DNA of 64,000 nt. Origin: Trichoplax sp. H2 (lineage: Eukaryota). The stretch covers positions 496,001 through 560,000 of the forward strand of contig NOWV01000019.1 of the NCBI GenBank assembly GCA_003344405.1, given 5' to 3'. This document shows positions 26,801 through 38,800 of this stretch, one piece after another. The position numbers were made by a program, and so were the translations under genes. A model generated the notes under the pieces. It was not told where the DNA came from, made no database searches, and was given only the letters and a program-made list of their open reading frames with translations. The stretch's first letter is position 1, and each line of letters opens with the position of its first letter.

Positions 26801-29800
26801 CATGAATGGTTTTGCAATCCGATACACATGGGCCGTAAGAAGTATAGCACCTGCAATGGAAATTACAGTGATTAGGTAGTTGCTTTGAACTATATTGATT
26901 GGGAATAAAAGTTCGATTGCTGTGTAGAGTGATCATTACCTGCAGCATAGAGTTACAATATGCGTTGGGTATATCAGTCTCCAAACCAGCAAAATTGGTT
27001 CGATTGTATGACTCAAAGTTAAAATCTTCTAAGCCTATCCAAATAAAGCAAATCATGCTCAGAGTTATTTCGGAAATAGGAGGTAAAATTTTTACTGTAA
27101 CGTGAGCATCTTTCAATTCTAGCGTAATTTTTAACTTACCAAGTTTGGAGTACTTCATAGCTACACGATGATAACGCTTTGGTATTTCACCATAATATTC
27201 ACTTAACGCATCTAATTTATGTAATGACGTAACATTACGAAAGAGATCTATATATACTTATGCCATTGTAACAGGTGTGGATTTTCAAACCTTGCTCCTC
27301 ATCAGACTCATTATTGTCCATAATATTGTCATCTAATTCATTGGCATTAGTAGCGCGAATTGTGTAGGGCATCTAATAACAAAGAGATTCAATCTTTACA
27401 TCTTTGCATTATCTTTAACCATAACGTTTAAATTAAAATTAAATTAAACATGCCTGATTGCGTTTGTAATTGACCGGTGCCGGAGCATATCCGATAAAAT
27501 TATTCATTTTCATGCTTTCTAAAATTTTCGGATCTATGGGTGCTAAGCGCCTTTAAATTATTTTTTAAGTAATTGCTATTAGACAATTTAAGTTGAAATG
27601 AAAAACTAACAAGATGCAAAGAGATGATAAGTTACATCTTCTAAATAAAATTCAAATCTTGCTTACCAAGTTCACGCACTTTTAACGAAATGAATGATCT
27701 ATCTAAATTGTCCATGTTAAACTATATAACGCTAACCTGTCTTTCACTTCTGTCAATTCATTGGACCAATCAGATAACAGCCTACCGCTACTATATACAG
27801 TAATATAAATAATCATTGTTAAAATGCACTTTAGAATTTGGGTAGTTTCAAAGATGTGAACAAAATACAAACTTGTCATAAGTGTAATCCATAGGCACCG
27901 TAGACAATCGTACAAAAGGATCGTTAATATCGAGGTATGGCAGCCGATTTTCCTATACATTGTTAATACATTACATGACAACTATAAAATGATTTTTACG
28001 ACTATAAATGACCAATATAAGATCGTAGCATCTCAAACACAAGTATTGATAGCCACAATATTGATTAGAATTTATTACATCAGCTGCAAATTCAGTTGGT
28101 TGTCCAAAATTATTCATCATAGCATCTTCTCGATTAGTCCAGACATGCAGATACCCTTTAACATTTGCATCACATGAAAATATTAACATATACTAGTATA
28201 ATTTTGCTAAGTTAGAATTTGAAGACTATGATCACAATTAGTCATTACACTTGATACAATGATTTAACATAACGGCATTACTCGTGTAAATTGGTTAAGC
28301 CATTGCAAACTTATTATGTCGTTTAATAAGCTGGCCCTACCTTCACTATCGCCGAAAGCAAATACTTGGGCGGATGGCGATACATCAAAAGCAAGTGGGT
28401 AGCCAGTAGATTCGATTTGTTGAACAATTAGGCTAGATGGCGTTAGCGGAACTCCTGGTTCACAAATTTGAAATTGGCCAGTCTAAAACAAAGCATATCG
28501 AATTATTATTATTATAGTAGGTTAATGATGGCTTTATTACATATAATGACAGTGGCTAAAGAAATTGTTACTTACATGGGAAACCACGGCCAACCGGGAA
28601 GTATAATTTGGCATAAATTTTAACAAAGTAGGATCGAAGTGAACCTAAAAATAATACAAGACTGTTACAGGACAGTATCTTGGACATTCTCGATATGTGC
28701 AGTCGCCAACATAAATATCATCGCCATACAGCCTCTATGCTTACTTGTATCGGATTTAGTGCTCTCATTGATCGTAAATCATACATCATCAGAAATCGAT
28801 CGCAATTTAAGTGACTATGTCTAATAATTGAAATTGTTAGTTTAGTGTACATCGTTTTGATTCGTAATTAAGTGATAAGACTTTATAATAATGGTAACGT
28901 CTATGGTGAACCTTGTTGAAAAGCCGCATGTTACGAGAAAATTATCGCTAACATCAATATCAGAAATAGAACCAGAATGAGCATCAATAGCGTTGATGCA
29001 CTGAAGCGTTGAAGGATCATGTAATGTCACCTATCACAAATTCACAATTTCAATTATTTCTTGACGGTATTAAATATAGCATACATTACAAGGTTAATTC
29101 AATTTTAAGGTAATTTAAATCAAGCTGGGTAACAATTGATGCTACGCGTAGATAGATACCTTTCCGGTAGTAGTTCCACAGCAAACATAACCAGATTTGT
29201 TGGAATAACGCAATACGGCATTAGAGCATTCAGTACTAGCCTAAATAATAAAGATGTTTATAATATCATTGTGTGATATCAGTTCCAATTTATGACTTAA
29301 CTTAAGATCCTCTTCATTGTACCTCTACTGAAAAGTATATTTATATCAGACTAAAATGAAAATCAGTGGTACGAAGAGAGGGGTGAATAAATTAACAGAT
29401 AATTTACTGGTATAAATTTTAAACTACTGAACAAGAGTGATTAAGCAAGTTGAATTCGGAATTAAATTAACATGTATATGTAGAAATTTTATATCAAGAT
29501 CAGTACAATATTCTGGCTTTACAAGTTACCTGTTTAGTGATTTTAGCTGATCTAAGATCGACTTGTGTTAGCAAGTTATTTTCGCCAGAGATGTAGGTTT
29601 TATCATGATTGGGATTGAGACACATACACTGCATATAATACAGCGAGGATTCATCTCTGCAATATCAAGAAATCATGTATTAATAAGGAAGAAACTAATA
29701 CCATAGATAGGCTGCTTTTGCAAGATTATAATTTGCCCTGGCTCTACCAGATTTAATTTGCAACAAATCTTTTATTGGCATTTAGGAAATGCGCGTTAAC

Positions 29801-31044
29801 CAATTAAGTTTGTATTCTTGCTATGACTACGATAAAACATTGGCGTGATGGAAAAAAATGAAGAGGTTTCTATTAAAGGGAGAAATTCTTCCTTACCTGA
29901 TGGTAAAATCAATAGAGCCACCCCTATTGACTAATTTCAGTTCTTCACCTGATAATGATAGGATACCACGATTTATAGAGAGCAGTTGCTTGATAAATGA
30001 ATTTTGTATATAGCGAGATGAATATCGGAGCAACTGTAAGGAATGATAGGATCCTACAAATCCCTACAATTATATTGAAGAAATAACATACCATGGTGTA
30101 AATAATTAATATCAGAATGGATAAGACATGTCGGCAGAGTAGATGGCAGCTTAGAATAGAATGATTTCTGTTGTTTAGTCTACCAGCATGTTTCAACAGC
30201 AGACCGTATCAAATGATCTTTATTATTGTACTGTAGTTATATTTATTCTCTCGACAAAGATGCCTAAAGTCAATTTTAGCTAGTAGGTTATACTGTATCT
30301 TATCAGCAGATGGTTAGCGGCTTGTTATACCGTAGGAGTAGTGCACGGTTAGAGAAATGATATAATCCATAAGACTATGACTAGCAGAAGATAAACTGCT
30401 GTGGCCATATACTGTATATTATCATGCGATATCATCCACTCTAGCTACAATTAATTATTATAGCAACAAAGTTGAAGCAAATGCAAGACTAGTCACGAAA
30501 GATTCATCCTTTGGATAGATCTTGTTTACTGTCGTATCAATGAGCGTATCTAGTACTCTTTTCTATTGGAAATGAATCTTGTTATTTCATCTTTCAGCAA
30601 TTCTGTTCCCTTAGCTAGGTATTGTAAGCAAGAAGTAAAGAAAGTATCGCCATCCTGAATATAACCATCTACAGTAGTTGATCAATCAATAATATGAATT
30701 ACAGTATAAACATTGTTCAAGGCAGGCGTATGGTGGGAAGATTGATCAACACGCCAATTTGTACTGTTGATTGCTATTGAAAGATGTCATATCCATTCTT
30801 TTCATTTGCTTATGATCAAGTTATGGATGAAATTATAAAAGAGATCATGACTACCATCAAGAAAGTATTGGAAGACTGAATAACTAGGACGAAAGATGGA
30901 TCGATGGATTACTCATTAACCATTGCTCACCGATGCATTCGCTGCCCATAATAATTCTTCGCTTGCATCGAAGCAAACAGCACTGGTGCTAAATTTATCG
31001 GCTTCCACTGTAGGGATCGTGCTTAAATACTCAAAACCAGCCAT
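23824..31044 (-). CDS. PAN2: PAN2 poly(A)-specific ribonuclease catalytic subunit (WD40, pseudo-UCH, DEDD exonuclease), multi-exon
   Basis: [112 protein letters not shown]. Start ATG at 31044. Confidence 0.96.
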
Positions 31045-34000
31045 CTAGCTTGGTTAATCTTTCTTCCTGGTTGCCAGCTTGTACTTAATATCGCATTCTA
31101 TTGGCGATGATGAAGAATATCCACCATGCACTTTTAACCGATTAATGACGTTAGTTGAATGATGGCAGAGCAAAACAACGTCCAACGAGCTGCATCCCTT
31201 TGTCGTCAGAAGGACGACCGGACATCCATCGTCCGTCTTGTTGATAGAGCACTCTACGGTACGGTGGTACAGACTGCAGAGTGTACACTGTAGACTGTAG
31301 ACTGTAGCATGGCAGAAGTTTTCTTGCATGGCCAGTGGGAATGAAGAGGTCGAAGAAAGTTGGAGAAAGAGAGAGGGAGGTGGAAATAAACCTTCTATCT
31401 TACATCTCTAGGAAGAGAAGAGACAACGTGCAATACTTTAAACTTAAACTATACCGTTAAGAGGCATTTTTGAATGAGCGTTTGGAAGGCGTAACATCTT
31501 GAAAGATTCCCCTTTCTATCGTGTTTCGTACTTTGGAAAAATGTCCATAGTCAAAGTACTGTTGCAAACACTTCTCTTTCTTATTACGCCAGTATGGACA
31601 AATTGGCCATGGTCGATTCTGGCGTCACAACACTTCTCCTACAACAAATATGGCATGAAAATGGCGTTGGCATACTAGTACTCCTGATTGAGAAAACAGC
31701 GATAGTAGTCCAATGACTAAAGGACTCTTGTTCAACCCTATAAGCCTTCGTCAATAGCGACATTAATGGCGATAGAACATACAAATTACCATATCAAGGG
31801 GGCAGGAAAATGACGTCCGCCTGTGCTAGTTGGTGCCGATCATTTTGACAACAAAAACTGCTCGATTGGCAGTGGACCTACGAGTGCGACGTCATCGGAT
31901 GCATTGGATATTCCACTTTTTGCATCAATTTGTACAAAATGGATCGCAAGTGGATAGTTTTAATAGGTACAGATAGCTCTTGACTTATCTGGTATACGAA
32001 GGTTCATCACGATTGGACTTCTTGAAGTGTTTTACGATTCAAATACATGAAAGAAAACGGATCCCATGAGTCTTAGCCGTACAGACGGTCATAAGAGAGA
32101 CTACTAAAAACGGATCAAGATCCACGCGTCTCGTAATCGTCTTAGCGATTTCGAGATACTAAATCAACACAATATTTCCTTTCGAGCAGGCTTTCATGAT
32201 GCCCTACTTGCCTAAGCAAATGGGCCAAGTTTGAACGAAATGAAGAGTCGCAACTCCCTACTCTTCGGAGTCAGAAGAATAGGGAGTTGCGAAAAACCTC
32301 CATTGATTTTGCTAAGAATTGGCACATCAATTTGGATAAATACCTGCAAGATATAGTGTATAAACATAGACATTTCAGCGGGATTTCACGAAAGGTCTAG
32401 CAGTCCTTCGGACTGGACCGTACAGCATGCGCTAGAAATAAGGTCACCCAAGTGGATCATAATGACTTTAAGATCGTAAAGCATTAAGTACGGCGACATG
32501 GATATATCAACCGCTGTTGCCTTGCAACGAATAATCAGATTAAGAATAAATAGAGAAACTGTAACTAGCATGAATAATGTATGCTGTCAAGTGCTAGTGC
32601 CATTTGCGATTATTGCTTTATGTTGTGATAATACGATGTAATCCTTCTGTTGAAGAGATTTAATCTGAAATGGGATAGAGAGACTGGATTGATCAACTAT
32701 GACTGGAATTGCTTCAAATACTTTCGCTAACTCAGTAGTTTCATCATACAGAGACTATAGTGATGCAATGTTAAAGTTCTTCACCGCGTTATAAGGGCCT
32801 ATTTTATTCTTTTATTTCCAAATTCATTACCCTACACTATATACAACATTGCTGTTTGCGATATTAAAATCTCCAGAACATGATCTTACTGCTTACAAAA
32901 TTTGGAAATAAAGTTTGGACGCATCTTTCATACAGAACTAAATAAGATGTGTCCAGACTTTCCGGGCACCCTCAGTAACATTTAGAGTGTACGCTATCGA
33001 ACCCATACTCCCGTTTAAGTCTGATGATTTGCCCATTTTAAGATTGGATACGATTGCACTACATAGAAGCTGGTTAAATGGGTGGTAGTTGATCATCAGT
33101 CGTTAATGCACTCTGGTGTCATTTTTTGCCGCCAGTAAATATATTTATCATTTCAATGCTTTGCAAGAATAAGGAAATGGCGACCATCCATATACCAAGC
33201 ATACAATGCACATTCAGTAAATGAGGTGTTGTAAGCTCGGTGAGATCGGCTAATTCAGCAGATAGATCTATGTTAGCCATGGTAGGTTAAGACTCAACTT
33301 AAGAGTATCGATGTGCGAAAAAAATAGAGAAGGATAACAGCAGAATGGATATATTTAGAAAAGGTTTTATTCAAACAGGATCATGTATATTACAAAGCCT
33401 GACCAACGTGTAAGAGTTGGAAGCAGAAAAGTAAATAATGTCCGTATAACGACTAATTATTTATACCAATGAAATAGCGCTATAATTACAAAAACAACTT
33501 ATATCGTCCTATAGTACTATAACATTTTATCTACTATACAATGAGTCAAAGAAAAATATTTCGACGATATCGTATCCCATTATCCTTGTTTTCACGTATC
33601 GCTAGCCATATAGTGCAGCAAGTAATGTAGGGGATATAAATGATTTGATGATGTTACACTTTTATATATTGAAAGCATGCATGGGCCAGCAAGTACTTCG
33701 ATTTGAAGACCTAATTATAGTATTTGCTGATTGCTCAGGGTACTCCGACTAAAGTTTTAGACACACTTACGATTTTAATTCTTTATTCAGTTGTTATAGC
33801 TAACTGTACGGGAAATCGCATATAATTACAGCTTTGCGTTGTGTGATCAGCTTCTAACTAACCGAGACGGTAACAACCGCAGTTTGAGCTAAAATAGCTA
33901 GCGGTAAAGTAGAATATACACATGGATAGAAGAAGTTGTCTGTAGGATCAAACGTAGACTAGTATTAATTGCATTACTACAGAAACAATGATTAAAAGAT

Positions 34001-35150
34001 TAAATTTTGCTTTATGTCAAGTTGCCTAGAAGTTTTGCTGAATTAACGAGAATAAAGATTACGTAATTTATATGATCTCCTTGTGTCAAAGCCGGAGTCG
34101 TGACACACCCTTAACTAATTCTGTTTAGCAGCACTATGGAAGCTCACGACCAAGTATTACAATGCGATCATAAAATTGGATTAACATTTTAAATCCTCGA
34201 GCGTTCATAACTTTGATAGCTCATACGAGAATAATCTTTTGGATATTTGGCTATTGATCGTCAAATGAATAAAAATACTCAATTGGGCTAAAGTTATGAG
34301 CACTATTTGTTCATAAGGTTAGGGGGAATAGGACTAGTAATGCATAAAATATCATCGTATGAAAGCCGTTTCTTATGGATATTGCGTCATTGGCAATAGA
34401 AACTAGTTCAGGCCTTGTCAGGATTAGCCTGAAACATTTGATCTTCAGAATATTGTGCAGAAGCTATTTAATATTAATGGGATACGAATAAAAGTAGAGA
34501 GAGCGTAATTAAAGCTTATGAGGAATAAGCAAGCTACCCAAAAACTGAGCAAACAATGCATCTTAATGTGTTCATATCATATTTTGCTTACAAGAGATCA
34601 TATGATATTATGGCTGCTGTTAGAAAGTTTAGGAAATGCGTGAACAAATGCATATTCGAAAAACAACCTTTTCTACCTGGAATACTAACAGCCTTATCCT
34701 ACCATTTCAAGGAAATATAGCAGTCACGATCATGAAACTAGGCCTACCTAACATGACTAGAACCTCAATCACGTATATTATTTATACGTTATGTTATACA
34801 TACATACATACTTAGAGGTACAAACAATCATTAAATTCTATTTTGAGTTGCAAATTGGCTGTGTCGTATCTAAATTATTTAAGTAAACAACGAAAATACT
34901 TGAAAAGTTCCAACGTATGAAGAGACTTTGCGAGAAAAATTAACTATACTTAGTTGTTATATATGTACATAATCAAGGATTGCTTGACAAATTAAATTAT
35001 CATATCATTCATACAATTTGTTTTTGAATCCCTTCTTTCTCGCTAGAACTAATAATACTGGGCTTTATGCAATGGGATAATGGCACTGTATGATGCTGAA
35101 TTAACACTTATTGAAACTTGCAATGAATAATGTTGTCGAATAAAATGAAT

Positions 35151-35470
35151 GCCAGTACAGTGTCTTACATTGTTTACGTCGTTCCGTGTTAGTTCCTATG
35201 GAAATTAATCTTATTTCAGTGCTTAACTACATCTTATTGAGCCTATCAATAAATCGCGTTATCCAATTAAATGAATGTGAGCATGGCGTCTAACATTTTT
35301 TACGTCATTTCAAGTTAGTCCCGAGAGAATTAATCCTATTTCAGAGCTCAATTAAATCTTACTGGAAACATAAATAAATCATGTTGTTGGATGGCGTGAT
35401 TGCCGGCACAGTGTCTTACATTATTTACGTAGTTCCAGACTATTCCCCAAGGAGATTAATCCTGTTTCCG
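35151..35470 (+). repeat. Three diverged copies of an approximately 125-bp unit upstream of the neuropeptide gene
   Basis: Shared core gtct(t/a)acatt.tttacgt....ttaatc.t.tttc near 35151, 35280 and 35402. Confidence 0.75.
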
Positions 35471-35579
35471 TCTTGATTATTAATTTGGCAAGAATATAGC
35501 CACAAATAAAAGACAAAGTAATTCTGAACATTATAGCTCTACATCCACTAGTTTTATTGTTTCTGAAAAGTAATTAACG

Positions 35580-35632
35580 TATAAAAGCCTTCACAACTTA
35601 TTTTCACTCTTACATCAAGTTTTTTTCGCCAG
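35580..35632 (+). promoter_or_regulatory. TATA box and probable short non-coding first exon of the neuropeptide gene
   Basis: TATAAAAG at 35580-35587, strong donor CAG|gtaaga at 35633, matching acceptor at 35843 just upstream of the ATG at 35864. Confidence 0.6.
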
Positions 35633-35863
35633 GTAAGACTAATGGGCAAAAAATCGATCACTTTCTGAAAACTCCACTCTTATACTTTAAGCTGTATTTT
35701 TTTAATATTGGCATCATCATTATCCGTAACTTAAGGTTCTATCTTTCTTAGCAGCAGGGCTAAACTCTAACCATATTATTTGCTTACGAATACAACTTTA
35801 TTTTACGTAAACTTATTTAGCGTTCTTTATTTTATCCTAACAGAACGAACCTTCAAAATCAAA

Positions 35864-38800
35864 ATGAGGTCAATTATTCTTATTTGCTTGTTATTCCTTT
35901 TCGCTGCAAAAGTGAATTCTGAATCGTTTGATTCAGATGACAAAAGAGATCTATTCTCAGATGAACACCAACGAAACAATGATGAAAACGTTGTAGAAGA
36001 TGGTGCTTCCATAAGCAGACAGTTTGCCTCAGAAAACGACGAAGACAACAATGAGGATCAGGTATATTCATAATCAATAAAATTAATATCGTCTTGAAGG
36101 AAATTTACTTCTCCGGACAGACATTATATCACTAGAATAAGGTGAAGACCATGGAGTGAACGCCTATATCGAAATTTCTTAATTAGACTGTACGATGTTT
36201 AATTTACGGCATAACTAGATATGATTTAAATACATTATTGATAGTCAAATAAGATGACAAGATAGCTAGTCAATTCTATTGATTGGCCAGTACATATTCG
36301 CAATGTAAAGCAATAACTATCGAGATCTAATGAAAATGTCTTCATCATTATTAGCAAGTCTTACAAAACAGCTTTGCAACAAGATTTGCAACAAGATAAC
36401 ATAATGCGCAATCAATCAGTCAATTCCCTGAACCACGTATCAGGGAGCAATATCTACTCATTCAGGAATACTCTTCCTATACCAGTAGACTACAGAAAGA
36501 CTTAGACGCCTCGTATCTTACGTTAAGCACTAATCATAATAACTAACTTTACTTTACGATTTATCGCATTTATATACTCTGTTACAATAGCAAAGACATC
36601 TTAGTTAGTAATGTTGGCGTTGAAACTTGATAATGAATCAAAAGCTAATTTTATCTACTGCTACCTAATGAAGACAACAGTATTTACGAACATAGACCTC
36701 AAATGACTAATAAAAAGTTATCAGATTACAATATGTTCTATTACGGAACATTTCTACGATAATCTACTATCTACCATAAGTAAATTACTATTACAGTGAT
36801 TTGAATTTATAAGAAGATTATTCTCGATTCCCTAATCAAATTACTAGTTTCAGTAGGCTGTATATATCACCATAAAAACTATTGCTATATTTAAATATCA
36901 CATATCTAAACTAGAAACCCTTCATAAAAGGGTAAATCAACAAAAGTATCCTAACATAGATGTTTCTACTATAATCTCGATATTACAGTGTATAACACTG
37001 TAACAGTGTCACAAACCAGCTTCGTGACAAGGATTACGTAAAATAAATCTCTAAATTACTATGGTCTTCCAGAATTCAGTATCCCTTAACTACCTCATAA
37101 GAATTTAGACGCCTTTGATTCTACGTTAAAACAACTATACAATTGAGAACTGCTTTATTCAACTATCTCACGGGTTTATATACCCTTCTACAGTAGCTAA
37201 CATTCACAAGTCATCTTATAAAAATACTTGGGTGAGAACATCTACTAACTAGTTTTTCACAGTCGGACTACAATATGCCCATTCACAGAATCATTTCAGT
37301 ACACATTACAGTACAGCAATAAATTTACTGTAACACATTTATAATTAGGGTAATTCCTATTGTAAGTGACTAGTTGTAATATAATATCACTACATTATAT
37401 TAACCAAATTTAGATATCTATTTCTTCACGGTAGTTCGTACCGTGACAAACAGTAAGTGACTAAAGTAGATAGAGAAGGATATACATTGGCGGATTGCAT
37501 TTTATCAGATTATGAATTAAGGTATGCCACTGTCACAAGCTAGCTGTGAATGCAACGCGCGATCGTACTCTAGAGCTCTAGCTAACCTATGGACTAGTCT
37601 AATGTAATACTGAATACCGTAGTTTAACCTTAACGACAACCTAAGTAGCACGTCTTAGCTGGTTTATGTTATAATAAAACTTTATTAACACAGTAAAGAC
37701 CTTGACAACCAAGACTAACATAGACTCGAGTCAGTGACACTAGATCAGATCGGAAGAACAATCACTGCTAACTGACTATTCAGAACCCCTGAGCATATAG
37801 AGAACAGCGGCTCCTTCTATACTCTCATTCTAGTATCCTAGTACATACTAGATGAACTTTAGCATAGAATCAATATACTATAGTATAAGCGATGCCTATA
37901 TTTTAGGCTGCTGCATACGAATTTAAAATTCGTAAGACAATAACTTATAAAGGTGTTGTTAGCAAACTAAACAAATTTGCCTAATAAACGCTCTAATTGC
38001 TTGAAAAATTGCGATTTCATCATGTTCCTTCATAAAGTGTATTTGGTACTACAGTATAGTATAGTAAATAAAGGCATCTAATAGCAAATATCATTGTTGA
38101 ACGCTTAGCTTGCAATTCAGCGCAAAAGAAACAGCATAAATTAGTCATTAATTTGCGATATTTAATTCATATTAGATGACAGAATTATTTACTACAATAT
38201 TGAGATTTAGGTGATTTTCGTGTTTGAATAGAAAGCTTAATACTACTTTGAAAGCCTGGTAGGCAAAAATATACTCTCATGAGCATGTTGATACTACAGT
38301 GTTTAAATGCTTTTTGCGACAGATTTATAAAGACAAATAGCACTACGCGTGATTTCTTTATGAAATTCGGCAGATTATGCGTAGTAGAAATACTGTTATA
38401 CGTAGGTATGTCAAAATTAAACCCAACTGTCATATTTAAAATTTTTAATATAGCCCTTAAAAGACATCTAATAAATCGACGATCATCATTATTTTTATAT
38501 GAGTGTATCTGCGATACCATGGACATAAGATATTGGTAAAAGAAAATATACATATTTGGTTAAATTTCTACTTATCGGCAAAAATTTATGTTTATTTAAT
38601 TATCCTAAAATTAAATAATATGCACACGCAATTATATTACAAGATATAGTGCCTATAGATAATGATACTGCGTACCTTTAGATTAACATGAAAAACAAAT
38701 TAATATGTATGGCTATTCACGAGTATCGTATACTATAGTGAATTTTACAGCAATAAGAATAAGTTTTATTTCATTAATATTGTTATATTTGATATATACT

